DNA of 64,000 bases from Cyanophora paradoxa CCMP329 (Eukaryota; Plantae; Glaucophyta). Of the stretch, positions 28,661-42,600 are shown in pieces. Numbering within the stretch: position 1 is the first letter of the stretch; each line of letters starts with the position of its first letter. The stretch spans positions 186,001 to 250,000 of the forward strand of contig QPMI01000452.1 in the NCBI GenBank assembly GCA_004431415.1, read 5' to 3'. Made by a program: the position numbers and the translations under genes. The notes below the pieces were generated by a model, which made no database searches, was not told the DNA's origin, and saw nothing but the letters and a program-made list of their open reading frames with translations.

Positions 28661-31600
28661 TTAGAAGCGGCGGGCCGCGAAGGCAAAGGCGGCGGCCGCG
28701 GCGAAGAAGGCGACGAGGAGGCTGGGGGCGGCGGCCGAGGCGGCGCTGAGGACGGGCACGGCGCCGGCGAAGGGGGCGGCGCTCCCGGCGGTGAGGCCCG
28801 TGCTGACGGTCGCGTCGCCGAACTGGCGAACAGTCGATCAGAACGAGTTCTCGAAAGAAAGAACCCACAGGTTTCGCACCGTGACGGAGGTGACGCCCAG
28901 CGCGGCGCCGGCGGCGGCGCCGGCGGTGGTGCGCGTGTACGCAACGATGGCGGCGAGGACCGCCTCGGCGGGGGCGTCCGCGATGCCGGTGCTCGTGAAC
29001 GACGTTTGCTGCGATCGCGAATCCGTCGGACGCCTCAGAGATATTTTTATATTGCAATTGGGCCGGGCGAAGATGATGCAATTGCAAGGCGCACGTAGTT
29101 GTAGGTGGCGGTGCCGAGGAGCTTGCGGCGGCTCGTGGCACCGGCGACGAGCAGCGGGTGCTTGCCCGAGGCGAGCGCCGCCTCGCAGCTCGTCCCGTTG
29201 GTCGCCTCGGCGACCGCCGCCGCGAACTCGCCGTTGCTGCAGATGGCCTGCCGCGCGCTCAGAAATCGCTCTTGACGGAGGAGAAGAAGAAGCTGGGGGC
29301 GCTAGTGCACCTTGACGGCGTGGGCGATGGATGCCACGCGCGCGCTCTGCTGCGACGCCCCGTTGGCTGCGCTCCCCTCCGTCAGCCAACAAAGTTTTTG
29401 ATCGTGAGCGCCGCAACGAATTCGAATGCGCGGACCGCGGATGTAGAGAGGGCCGGCAGTGGTGCCCGCGCCGTAGCCCGCCGGCGCAGTGACGGAGCCG
29501 GTCTTCAGTACATGTACAGTTAGCACAGCGACACCGTGGTTGTGATGGAGGGGCGCACGGTGTAGGTCACGCCGTCGATGTCGACCTCGAAGGGCATGTT
29601 GAGGACGGAGACGCCGGTGACGGCGTAGCTGCCGATGCCGCCCTGCTCCTTGATCGCCAGCAGCAGCGCCATCACGGCCTGCAGATTGCAAAGCTTAGCG
29701 AGCGAGAAGCACGGGGTGAAGCGAAGATCTGGAGCGGAGGGGCACGGACGTCCTCGGTGGAGACGCCGGCGTCGGGGTCCTCGTCCTGCTCCACGATGAC
29801 GTCGACGGCCGACGTGGCCGCCTGCAACTGCTTCCTGCACGCGCCCGCAGGGCCGGGTCGGCGTTCGACGGGAGCGAGGCACTCGGGTCGGGTCGGGTGG
29901 GGCGTGGCGCCGGGGCCGCACCGGCCGCGCTTGCTGCCGGGCGCCTTGCAGGCGGGCGTGTTCTTGAACTTGACGAGGTCCGTCGCGGCCGCCTCCTTGA
30001 GCGCCGCCTGCCGACGTCGAGGGCGAGGGCCCCGAGCGTCAGAGCTGGCGGGAGCCGTGGCGCCCGGCGGGCCTCGAGGGCGCTGGCGCTGGCGCACGAG
30101 GATGCCCTCGGACTCGGCGTTGCAGGCGGAGACGGCGAGGCCAAAGGAGAGGCGAATCTGCGCAGGGGCGGCGATCGCGATGGGCGCTTTGAGGGGGCCG
30201 GGTGGAGCATCGAATTGCTGGCGGGGGCCCACCTCAGCTGTCTTCTTGGACTGCTTGCTCCCAGCGATGACCTTGCAGCTGGCGTCGAGGCTGGCGAGGG
30301 CGCTCGCGAACCCGCCGGAGGGGGTCTTGGTGGTCACTGCGAACGAAAACGAGAGTCGGAGGGGCGATCGCGAAAGCGTGCGGTCATCATGATCAAGGCG
30401 AAAGCTCGCACGCTGTCCGCGGATGGAGAGCTTGTCCGCGCCCTGCGGCCCGCGCGCGAGAGCGCGTCTCAGGTGAGCTCGCGGATCGTGAGCCGAGCTG
30501 GCGATCGCGATCGCGATCGCGATCGGGGACGGCGCGCACGTAAGTCCAGAAGCCCTTGTACTGGCCCGACGAGGCGTTGAAGGAGATCGCGGAGAGGCTG
30601 CGAAGCCGAAGCCGTCAGGTTCAAAACGGATCTCGCTTTTCGAAGGCGGGCGCACTTGTGGCTGGAGGATGCGGGGACGGGGGTGAGGCCGGCGCGGGCG
30701 AGGCCCCGGTCGTCGGCGAGGTCGAGGACCTTGGAGCCCGGCTCGCCGAGGGCGCCGGCGCCGAGGAAGGACGTCGCGCGCTTGTTCGTGGCAGCCGGGA
30801 GGTACGTGTAGCCCGCCACCGACGCGTTCCCGAGCTGCGGGCAGGGCTTAGGCCTAGGCGGGCTCTAGATCTGGCCGTGGGGGCCAAATCCACTGGGCCA
30901 CGCCGCGCACGGCGAAGATGCCGAGGCCAGAGGACTTGTACGTGCCGCCGGCGCCATTGAGCACCTCCGCGCTAAGCAGCGCCTCGGCGCAGTTGGCGAG
31001 GGAGTATGCGAGCTTCTCGCCGGCGCCCGCCGCCTGGACCTTGCCGCTCATGATGAGCCCCTTCTCGCTCGTCGCCGGCTCATTCTTGCTCTTGGTAGCG
31101 ACCTGCCGATCGCGACCCGTAACGTTTGACGTCAACTGCGCAAGGAGGAAAGCTCGCGATCGAAGGCCGGGCCGGGCACCATCAAGGTCTTGCCGAGAGG
31201 GGAGGAGCTGGCGGTGGTGAACGCCGCGGCTGCGCACGGCCGTCTCAGCGAAAACACACGTGCAATCACATCGCCCATGTAACGAGCGAGTCTCATCTCA
31301 CCCTTCTTCGACTTGGTCTTGGTCCACTCGGGCTTGGCGCCGTCGAAACGAAGTTCGTGGCTGGTCGAAAGGGTCCGGTTGGAGAAGAGCTGAGGGAGCA
31401 CGCGGCCGATGTTGCGTCAGCGGCCGCCTGAAACTCGGCAATGCGCGGAACGGCCGCTGCGAGGCGCGGGCCGGGGGCACCAGGGCATCGTAGCCACCGT
31501 TGGGGTTTGCGGTGAAGATGACGAGGCCTGCGCCGGCACCGTAAGCGTCTCAGTCGGAGAAGGACATATGCATGCGCGCGCGGCGGAGCGCGGCCCGCCG

Positions 31601-31968
31601 GCCGCGGCTTCGGACCTTCGACGGTCTGCTTCGCCACAGTCTTTTGTGCCCTCTGGAGGACGGCGAAGAAGTCGACTGCGGGCGGGAATCAGAGCTGGCC
31701 GGGGCGGACGGCGGGCGTAACGGCCGCGGCCTGGCGAGCAGCGGAAGGCCTAGGCGGGCGTAACGGCCGGCGTAACGGCCGCGCGTGCGCAGCTCTCGAC
31801 CCCGCGCGCGGCCGCGGCAGGCGAGCTGCAGGCTGCATGGCCATGCATATGGCTATACTCCGGGAGCTGCGGTGATAGTACAGGCGGCCGCGCATCGCGC
31901 TCACCTGCAGAAGCGACCTGGGCGACGGCGAAGAGCACCACCAGCGCGACGAGAGCCCGACGCGCCAT
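28661..31968 (-). CDS. multi-exon secreted, probably GPI-anchored surface protein of unknown function
   Basis: N-terminal signal-like MARRALVALVVLFAVAQVASA; Ala/Thr/Ser/Lys-rich exons with GT-AG borders; hydrophobic C-terminus ..SAASAAAPSLLVAFFAAAAAFAFAARRF*. The internal exon chain is not fully resolved and could be two genes. Confidence 0.5.
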
Positions 31969-32235
31969 CCCTGGATTCCCTGCCCGATGCTTCAGATCCG
32001 ACCTGCAGGCTGCTGCTGCACTGCTGCTGCAAACTTCCGCAGCGCTACCACTGCTGCAGCAGTTACCTAATTGCACATACCCCCCTATTGGACCTGAATT
32101 AAAAAAACACTTTAATGCTCAGCGGCTGCAGCTGAGCGCGAAATTCGAATTTCGATTCTATAAGTTAAACGTGCGTCACGGACTCACGCCGTTAAACCGT
32201 CGACGTCGTCAAACGGTCGGATAGTACGACGGATA

Positions 32236-32533
32236 CTGTAAAACGAGAAATGTCCGGCGTCACTTTATTTCGGCAAAACCCGAAAAATGCGCCGAAATTG
32301 TGGTTCGTCGGCATCAGATTTTCGGCAACACAGCTGCAGCCTGCAGACAGTCCGCGCCTACTCGGCGGGTACATTGATCCCTCATCTGCCATACATCTGC
32401 ACAATTCTGGCAGGTTCAAATTAAATATTCGGTGCCGCGAGGGCGGCGAGGCTCTGCCGATTCAGTGCCGAATAGCGCCAAATATTAAGCTATAGCTACC
32501 GGTAAGTTCTGCCGGACATTTCTCGTTTTACAG
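32236..32533. mobile_element. 298-bp MITE, Tc1/mariner-pogo type
   Basis: Perfect 23-bp TIR CTGTAAAACGAGAAATGTCCGGC / GCCGGACATTTCTCGTTTTACAG, flanked by TA on both sides; no coding capacity. Confidence 0.85.
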
Positions 32534-33654
32534 TATCGATGGATTATCGGGTACCGGCTGCAGTGACAATTTAAAAATTACCACCAAATTAATATTGGCG
32601 ACTGTGGCGAGCACCAAATTGCCACGTGCACCAATGCGGCAATGCCACGCGTACGGCAGTGCGACGGTCCGCGGCCGATGTCGAGTCATTGACTTATTGT
32701 CCGAGTGTCGAGTCACTGCAGCTGTCGATCGCGATTCGCGACTCATTGTCGAGTCATTGACTCATTGTGACTCGACCTCATTGTCGACGACTCGACGTAC
32801 GTCAACGTCGTCAACGTACCGGACCATTATTAATAATTAACTATTACCGTTATCATCATAGTACGACGAATATGTCACGGCAATTCACGGAATGTGATCG
32901 ATGATCATGATCGTGATCTAGATCTGGAAAAGTCATCGAAGAGCCGTTTTGGCTGTACCCCTCGGGGTCCATGTTGGGCCGCCTGGGCGCCGGTGGGAGG
33001 CCGAGGCCCGGCCCTCGGAGGCCGGCCGGCGGCCCGGCGGCGGGCCGGGCCGGCCGCCCGGCGGCCGCGGCTGGCCGCAAGCGGGACCGGCGCCCGGCGC
33101 CGGGCCGCCGCCGGCCCGCCGGCCGCGGATCGGAGGCGCCGGCGGTGCGCATGCGGGCCGATCGCGATGATGCGGCCGGGCTTGCATCATGGCATCAAGT
33201 TGCATGCCATGATATCGATATATCGATGCGGAATTAATATTGCCGGAGCGCGCGCGGCGCCGGCCGCGGGCGGGCCGCGGGCGGGCCGCCGCGCTGCCGG
33301 CGCCGGCGCGACGGCGGTGGACGGTGGACCCGGGACTCGGGACGTCGACGTCGACGTCGACGTCGACAGGCCCGGTCCGCGGCGCGGCGGGGGCCGGGCC
33401 GGGCCCGGGGGCGGCGGCGCGTCGACGTCTCGCGGGCAGCCTGCAGCTGTAGCTGGCAGGGCGGCCCGGCGGCCGGGCGGAGCTCAAAGCCCGGCCGCCC
33501 TGCGCGCGGCGGGCCGGGCCGGGGTTCGGAATTCGTTCAATTTCGTTGGATATCGACATCGAATTCGAAACCGATATCCATATTGTGCATATATCGGTGG
33601 GCCGGGGTGGGATCGGAGAGCGCAGCGCTAGCGGACGGTGGCCCGGATCCCGGA

Positions 33655-33790
33655 CCCCCACCCCCACCGTGGCACCCCCCCCCCCCCCCACCCCCCCACC
33701 CCTCGAGCCCCCCCCCTCCCCCCCTCCCCCCCACCCCCCCCCACCCCCCCCCCCCGGCCCCCCCCCCTTCCCGCCCCCCCTCCCACCCCG
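33655..33790. repeat. C-rich low-complexity tract (G-quadruplex-capable on the minus strand)
   Basis: Successive C runs of 5-15 nt. Confidence 0.8.
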
Positions 33791-34201
33791 GGTCCCTCCT
33801 GGGGGGCGCTCCTGGGGGGCGCCCCCATGCCAGCCCTAGCCTAGCAGCCTAGCAGCCTGGCGCCGGGGCCTCCTGCGCATGCAGCTGCCCAGCAGCCTGC
33901 AGCTGGCCGCCGGGCGCCGGGATGCGCAGGAGCAGCCGCCCTCAGCTGCAGGGCCTCTGCACGGTTGTATATATACGTAACTCAGTGACTATAATTAGCT
34001 GTCGTGGTACGCCGCACGTTCTTCTGTACATGTAGTGGTACGCCGGCACTTAGCTTTTCTAATCAAAAGTTTGCATGGGCACCGGGGCTGTATACATATA
34101 CGTACAGCCCTGCAGCTGGTATGCGGTGTATTCTTCCGTTGCTATATATATACATATATCCATATCCTCCGATAAGGTTCTAGCTCGTGCTCTTGATAAG
34201 C

Positions 34202-36453
34202 TTAAGGTTCCTCTGGTTTGGATTCTTCAGGGGGACCCCCGAAGTCCAGGCGCCGCTGGAGCGCCCCCGGGGCCTCCGGCTCGACCTCCGGCGCAGGCTC
34301 CGGATCCGGAGCCCCTGCGTGAGGCGCGAGAGGGGCGCGATCTGAGCGAAAGCACGAGGCTAGATCTAGCTATAGGTATAGACACGCACCGCTAGAGCTC
34401 TGCTCAGGCGCAGTCGGGCGCCCCCCGCGCCGCTCGCGGCGCCCCAGGGCCCGGTGGCCAGCCCCTGGCGCGTCCTTCTCTCTCGTGTACCCCGGCGGCT
34501 CGCACAGCTCCTGGGGCGTGGCGGTCACGGGAAGGTCGCAATGTGGCCAGGCCAGGGGGAGAGGGCGCCTTATGCCCCGGCTGTCCGGGAGACGCCCCAG
34601 TGAAGAACCGTCTGTAGCCGCCCTCCAGCACATACATCTGCGAGGGGTACGGCGGAGTTCAAGGGGACTTCATGGTACCCCGGAGCGAGAATTCGACAGC
34701 GCGCCCGGGGGTACGAGAGCTGAGTGGACATCGCGGCCCCTTGGAGTCTTCCGTGCACCTTCCAGTCGAGATCGCGCAAGCTTTGCCACCTGGCCGAGGC
34801 CGCGGTACAGGCCGGGCCGGGTGAGACACGGGAGCGAGCAAGGAGCGAGAGGGGTACGGAATTCGAACATTCTCGGGGCGCGCTGGGAGGAGAACTCGCA
34901 GCGGAGGACCAGGACGTCGCCGGGGAAGAAGGGGCTGCCCGCGGGGGGTACGACGGCGGAGCCGGGGGGCAGCTCCCCCCCCCCCTTCCTTCCGGAGCCC
35001 GAGCAGCACTCCCAGCTGCACGGGGCGGTCTGTTAATGGGAGCGAACGTCGGGTAATTATAATCATAAGCGAGCACGAGTGCCGCTCGCCTCGCTGGCGC
35101 TGCTGCAGTTGATCGCCCCCCGGATGTGGCCCCCGGCGAACTCGTACGGGTACCTGGTTCGAACTTCAAGGTCAGAGGCTGGGGGGACGAAGAAGGAGGG
35201 GGGGGGATGCGGGACGGCCCGCGCCGGGCCGGGGGCGGGGCGGGCGGGCGGGCGGGGGGAGATGGGGGGGGGGGGGGGGGGGGTCCGGGGGCGGGAAGAG
35301 GAGGCCTAGGGAGGGGGCATTGGAAACGGAGGCGGGGGCGGGGGCTGGCGGGATGGGGCATGACTTCCGGTGTTCCGGGGGCTGGTCGGGGGCACGTGGG
35401 CCGGGCCCTGGGGCTGTGGGGAGAGGGGGGGGGGGGGGGGGGGAGGAGGAGGGGGGGGAGAGGGGGGGGCGCGGGGCTCACCGGCAGTCGACGATCTTGA
35501 GGCGGAAGCCCTCGAGGGCCCCCGCACGAGCCTGGCGAGCTGCGCAGGCGGCGCTCAGCGATCGCGACTGAGGGAGCCCCGTGAGAAGCGCGCGTCGTGC
35601 ATGACCGGAATCGAACCAGGTCCGCGTCGATGTAGGGAAAGGGCTTCGCGGGAATTCGAACGCTCCTACGCGCGCGCCTCGGATCCTCGTTCTCCTTGTC
35701 GGAGGGGGCCGGGCGCGGGCCCGCAGCCGGCGAGTCCGGGAAGACCGCGGCCGCCGGCAGGTCCGAGAGGGTGCACGCGATCGGCTGCTGCGCGCCGGCC
35801 GCGGCGGGGCCTGCTGTGGGAGCTGCATCTGGCGCCGGCCGCGGCTGGGCCGCCGGCGATGGCGGTCGCGAGGTGAGCGCAAGGCCGCGGAAGGGAATGC
35901 GGAGGTCCACGGCCGCGGACAGCGGCACGGGGCCCGCGGGCGCCGCCGCCGGCGTTGCCGCAGCCGTCGACGTCGGCGCAGACGCGTACAGGCGCGGCGG
36001 AGCAGAGACGCGCGCGCGCTGCTGGGAGCGTCCAGAGAATTCGAACATACCGTACCGGTCCGAGTGCGCGAGGCGCTGCACATACTGCTGCTGGCCATAG
36101 GGCTGCGGCGCTAGCGGCGCCGGCGGCGCGTCCTTCATGATCAATTTCAGCTGAAGCGCTCGTCCCGAACCGTTCCGATCGCTTTCAGCTGCAGCTGCGC
36201 ATGCGCACTTCCTCTTTGCTGTGCCGACGCCATCGGGCTGCGTTGGCGAGACAGGCCGCTTGCAATTGTGGTCGCCGGCGCCGCGGCCGCTCGGCGCGTA
36301 CGCGTCCTGCAGCGGAGATCTGCCAGGCTGGAGCCGCCTCCGACGGCTGCGGGGTCCTGATTGCAATGTTAGCTAAATCCTCCGTGATCCTTAGAACCCG
36401 TGAGTGAGCGAGAAGGCAGTGCAAGGCACCTCGGATTGCGCGCCGCGGAGCAT
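34202..36453 (-). CDS. CDC25: Cdc25-like (rhodanese-fold) dual-specificity phosphatase with N-terminal regulatory region
   Basis: KIVDCR|YPYEFAGGHIRGAIN, VLRCEFSSQRAPR (CX5R), YVLEGGYRRFF, LCEPPGY; last exon contains RRLDF. The start codon is uncertain. Confidence 0.8.
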
Positions 36454-38010
36454 CGCCCCGCGCTCGAGCTCTCTCTTAAGCTTCAACTGAAATTCGGCGG
36501 CGGATCGCGTGTGATCGACGCGGCGCGGGCCGCGCGGTCGCCTAGCCTACGCAGCTAGGCTAGGCCTGCGCATGCGGCGGACCGTCCGACCGTCGGACGG
36601 TCGGACGGCAATCAAGAAAGACCGTCGGACGTCGCTACTACTGACGCCTATAGCACTGCAGTCTGCAGCTGCGCCGGCGCGCGCCTCGCGCCCCGGTCGC
36701 ACGGACTCGCACCGTACGGCGTACCGTCTCCCACGGTCACCGGGTCTCACCCGGTGATCATCGGATCTGGATCCAGAGGATGCGTCACGGTCTGATCATC
36801 GGATCTGGATCCGAGGATGCGCCTGTACCCCGTTTCGATTCGTTCACGTGAACTCATGAATCAAAAATCAAAACATATTAATATATTACGCTGTTGTGGA
36901 AATTCATTATTTATTTAACCTCGCCAATTGCAAGCTCCGCAAACTTGCCATGAGCGCTCGCTAGCGCTCGCTTGATTCATTAAATATTAGCCCTGCATGA
37001 TCAATTGCAAGCTTGATCACGTGAACCAGATTCGCAATAAAATATTCGTGAATCGTGATCGATCCGGATGATGGCCATGGACGATCTCGGACCGGATCCC
37101 GATCTCACGTGCACGATCTTAAATTGAATTGTTGTTTTTTGGGGGTCGACGTCTCCCGGCCCAGAGTCCCGGGTCCGGCCTGGGCCGCTGGCCTACAAAA
37201 AAATTTGGAACTCTGACTCACATGTAAAACTGGAAAATTCCATGCCATAGATATATACTATGTGATACATTGGTAGTTAGATGAACTTAGATCTTGAATT
37301 GAGTAAAACTTAAAACTTTGAAATGTGAATTGAATAAAAACCTTGAATTCACAAATGCAAGCTTTGAGTTTCCCCTAGATTCGCCGAGCCGCGATCGCGA
37401 TCATCGGATCGCCAAGATCCGGACGCCGGCGCTCAGCGGCTGCCGCCGGCGCCGCTGCGGCGCCGGGCCCGCCGCCGGCCGGCCGGATCATAGCCATCGC
37501 CGAGTCGGCCCGGCGGATGATCATGATTCGGATCGCGGACTCGAGCTCCGAATTTCAAAGTTTAATCCCGGACTCCGGGAGAATCTCACTGAGTCAGAGT
37601 CTGCGCATGCTGCGCATCACGGCGCATATATATGCATGCGCGGCATCTCACTAACTCAGTGACTCAGTGAGTCATCAGTGATTCTCACGATCATGATCAG
37701 AGTCACGACTCACGATCAGTGCGGCATATACACTACTGTAGGACGGCTTTTGTATACGTGGCCGTAGTTTTTAAATTGCCGTAAATTGCCGAGAGGCCGA
37801 ATTCGGCAATTCTAGGCATCGGCAATGTTGCTTGGGGTAGGGGTCGTAGGACCCGTATACGTAGGGGTTTTCTTAGGCCGCCATAGAGCGAAAGCCTGAA
37901 TTCGGCAACTTATCGCCACGGCAATTTCAGTACCCCCCCGCGCTGCGGGAGCGCGTCTGTTAGCCCAGACGCGTGCACGTCTCTCACGTCAACCATCTGG
38001 ATCGTAATCT

Positions 38011-39353
38011 GTGGCTCTAGACGAGCTTGAGCGTATGCCGCGATCAGAGCAGAACCGGGCGACAGCCAACTTCGACCTTGCCCCGCTGCAGGCGGAGTGG
38101 CAGCGGCTGTTTCCGACTAGCGCTGTGCCATTGACAGTGCTCACGCTTGTTACTGTTGCGACCGTCGCCCAGCTCTATCCGCCAACCTTCAGTTATGCTA
38201 GCATCATTCCTCCGACTGCTTGGACCTTCTACACGCAGCCGGCCTTCGATGCGCTACAGCAGCTGATCACTGAGCGTGTGAGCGCTCTTACCAGCGAGCC
38301 AGCGCATTCGGTCGCGCGCTGGGGTCGCGGTTTTCTTGTGATCTTCAGTAGTACTGCGCATTGTGAGCGGTTCCTGACATCGGTCGGTGCAGCTGGCCTC
38401 CAGTTGGCCGTTCCAGCCCTTGGCATTCTTGCGGCCGCTTGGATTGTCGGCCGTGAGCCGACGCCGCCGGCGGGCGGTCTGCCTCCTGACCCTGGCCAGC
38501 CGCCGCTTCAGCGCCCGCAGGGCCAGGATCACTGGATCTGGCTTGAGAAGTTTCAGCATCGGCCCGATGAGGACCCTATCCGCCATTGGCTGGCGCAGCG
38601 CGGCCTGAAAGTCCGGCACATTCATTATCAGCAGCGGGGCATGCCAGCCGGGATTATGAAGATCTATCTCTCTGAGCTGCCCCGCTCGATGTGCAAGTTG
38701 CTCTTCCTAATACGGTTACCTTTGGCGACGGGCTTGAGCTTCGTGTGGCGGCCAGCTGGCGGGACTGCCGCCTGTATGGTTGCGGAGGCCGGCCTCACCT
38801 TCCTCATCCCCTAGCTGACCATCACCCTCTCTCTCTGAATTTCATACCTCCAAACTCTCCGCCGCGTCCACTCCGTCCTCAGCGTCCCGGCCTCAGAAGG
38901 CGGCCCGCAAGGAGACAGCCGCAGCTGGGCCCAGCGCAGCTGCAGATAAGCCTGCAGCTGATCAGTTTACTTATTCTTACCCAGCAACTGGCCCGCGTTG
39001 GACAGAGGCAACTGGTCCTATGGGCCTTGAGCTCTCCGCCCCGCCAGGGCCTGACGGACAGCTCTCCAAGCCTGCCCACCGCATTGTCTTCCCCTTCAGG
39101 CCATTCTCCAAGCCCGGGCCGGGAAGGCCTCTGCCGCACCTCCCGCCCCTCTGGCTCCGCTGGCGGCCCTTCGGACATGGCTATAGACCCGGTGAGCTCT
39201 TTCTTTTTGTTCAGATCTAATAGGGGTGTACAGTTGGTGGCCCCCCGGCTGCGCTGCAGTTGGGGTTGTGGACTGCCAAAGCTGCACTGCAGCTGCGGCA
39301 TGATGCCAAGGCTGCGCTGCAGCTGCGGCACCTTGAACTTGCAATTGTTCTGA
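38011..39353 (+). CDS. LINE ORF1-like protein (RRM-like region plus Cys/His knuckle-like CRLYGCGGRPH), frameshifted
   Basis: Overlapping ORFs 38011-38814 and 38691-39353 lie upstream of ORF2; called from position and composition only. Confidence 0.55.
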
Positions 39354-39662
39354 TCTGGGCTTTAAAACTGGATTACTGTTTAAATACGATGCATAGACAT
39401 CTCATAAATTGGCACTCTTATTACTTTTTTCAACTCGCCCTCACCTTGTTTCTGAGCGCAGCCCGCTGGCCTGCCCACGGAGATGACGAACATGCAGATC
39501 GCTGCCGCCGGCCGTACAATTCCAACACGCGTTCGGGGTGCCGGTTCTGGCACTGGTGCCGGTTCTGGCACTGGCAAGTAGGGTCGTCTCGTATTTTGCC
39601 CTTCTTCAATTTAAGCTTGTACATAGTTTTCTCTGGATTCTTTAAACCACCGTGATCATACT

Positions 39663-42600
39663 ATGGCCATCAATATTGTCTCCCTGAACGTTGCAGGGAA
39701 ATTAGTAGGAGACACAAGCTTCTGTGCTTCACTTGGTATGCACCACGTTGATTATCTCCTTAAGTGTGCTCGTGAACAGTCTCGCAAATCCATAGTTTGT
39801 TTACAGGAAACTCACGTATCGAGTAAAGTAGACGCTGCTTTTCTGAAAGGCAAGTGGGGGCTACCCCTTCGTACTGGGCTTTCAATCCAGAAGTTGCCAG
39901 TCAAGGTGTAGCTACTCTCTTCCCTAATAAGCGATTTAGCATTACCTCGCTAGCTCCTGCACAGAGTTCCCGGCTGCAGCTGTTCCTGTTGCGCTCTGGA
40001 ACTGTAAATATTTACCTGTGCAACATTTACGCACCTGTTCAGGATGCTGAACGGTTAGGCTTCTACGAGACATTGTGTCATACTCTGGAGTCGGTCGTTC
40101 CTGTGGGGTCCCATTTAATCTTATGTGGTGATTTTAACTTTCACCTTTTGCCTTCTGACGCGAACAGTACTTCGGGGCGGGTGTCGCCCCCTGCATCCTT
40201 TGAAGCGGTTTGCTCGCAATATCAACTCCAGGATGTTGCATCGCTTTGTACGGATGAGCGCCGGTCTAATCGATTTAAAACGTTTTATCGGACTAATGCC
40301 CAGGCAGCCTCGGGGGCCGTCGAATCTCGTCTAGATTATTTCTTTGTCTCTCAATCCCTACTCGCATGGAACCCAGTGCTCGTCCCATGGATGAAATACA
40401 CTTCCAGACATCTTGATAGGCCTCTTTCTGATCACATTGGAATTCAACTCACGCTGTCCCTCCAGTTCATCAGCGTGGGCCGGGTCGCTGGAAGATGCGA
40501 TGGACCTTTATGGGAAGAACCCAGCGTATCTCGCTGAAATTCGGAAGGTTTTTCAGATGTGGCGTGCTGAGTGGCCTTCGCCTGCATCCGATTCTATTCT
40601 TCGCTTCGAAGCTCTTAAACGGTATCTACAGACTGCTCTCTCTGCGTGGGAGTCGACTGAGCGGCGCAAGAATAAGTCGGCTTACTGGTCTGCCATGAAA
40701 CGTCTCGAACGTCTCATCACCGCCTATTCGCAGGGCGAGATCTTACGGGACAGTTTCTTGAGTGGCCGCTCTGCTCTTTATAGAGAGCTGCGGGAGCGCA
40801 TGCCTCAAGTGTGTAGGGCTGCCGTTCAAGCTGACTCGCTATTCTCAAGTCAGAACGAGGCCACATCGAGGCGGGAGTTTTTCACTCATTATTTCGGAAC
40901 TGCTGAGCAGGAGACCGGATGTGAGAATAAACTCCGGCCGGCCAACACCCGGATCCCTCTTATGCTTCTGATAATCCCTTTGTGCTTATGACGTTGTCGG
41001 CAGCTCATTTCGCTGATTTATACGATGGTCAGCAAGCTCAAAGTGTGGTGGCGGCGCATCGTGATGAACGGGCTGAATGTGCGTCACTGTATGCGCCTTA
41101 TAAACTCATTCCGCGGGAGGCCGTGGATCTCGATACCCCACTGGCCGCCTATGAATTGTTGCAATCGTTTAAGGATATATCTGGGCTTAGAAAATCCCCT
41201 GGACTTGATGGTTTAGTACCTGAATTTTATAGTACTTTCTGGGGCGACATTGGTCCAGATTTTATGGAATACCTTAAGGCTATGCATAATCGGAAGGCGG
41301 CCCCTGGCTCGCTACGAGATATCCTCATTGTCCCAATTCCGAAACCTGGTACGGATGCGACTTTGGTCACTAACCGTCGGCCTATCTCTCTATCGAATGT
41401 AGAGGAGCGAGCAGTCGAGCGGGCATTATCTAACCGCTTGACCCCTATCATGCCCCGCTTAATATCAAAATATCAGTCGGGTTTTATCACCAAACGTTCT
41501 GCGGTGCATCAATTTATGCTCGTATATTTATTGATGTATTATGAGGGGGATAATCCCGATCTCGAGGAACTTTGTTTGGGGTTCCTTGATTTCTCCAAAG
41601 CCTATGATCGGGTGAATTGGGAGTTTCTTTTCTGGACCTTGAATCAATATGGATTTGGGTCATACTTTACTGACTGGGTCCGTCTTTTGTATTCTGATCT
41701 GTCGGGGATGATCCATATTAATGGCTGGACAACGCCTCGGTTTCCCATCCGGTGCGGAGTCCGGCAGGGTGGTCCTCTATCGCCATATCTATATAATTTG
41801 TGTGCGCATCTATTAATCATGTTAATCGATACTGAACCCCGTATACGCGGGGTGCAAATTTCTGGGCGGTCCATATGCAAGGTCCTCCAGTTTGCTGATG
41901 ATACTGTTCCCCTTATTGCCTCCTTTGCGGAATTCCCCATTTGGGACGCTCTCATTAAGAAATTTCAACGGTTAACAGGGGCGAAAATTAATCTCGAAAA
42001 ATCGCATATACTACCCATGCACTCACATTTATCTCTTCCACCTGATTGTCCTTTTGAGCGTATGAAGGTTGATCCTTCTGAGATTTCCGCAGATGCCAAG
42101 ATCGCCAAATATCTCGGGTTCCCTCTGGAGCTAGTGCATGACCGGTTTTGGAATAAAAAGACTGCTGCTCTCGTTCTGCGCGCACAGTCAGTTAACCGGA
42201 ATCGGATGCCTCTACGCTCTGGTGTTTTACTTGCGTGGGCTGCTATTGTGGGATCACTACATTATCCGCTGTATATTTTAGAACCGGGAGGTGATCGTTA
42301 TAAAGCTTGGAGTAATTTAATCCGCAACTTTTCGGGTGTACGCGGCTCCGTATCTACATATGTTACGGCGCTTCCGTTTAAAGACGGTGGATTAAATTGC
42401 CCAGATATTGTTACGTTTTCGCTGGCTTTAAAATCTAAATGGCTTGCCTTCCTTAACGACCCGGCCTGTTCAGCTCCTTGGAAGGAATATATTCAATACC
42501 AAATAGACCGTCAGTTGGCTCCATTCTCTTATGCTAATGTCATTTTGGGGCTTGATGTGTCTGCCATCTTGCCAAGATTGCATTTGCCACCGCTTTGGCA

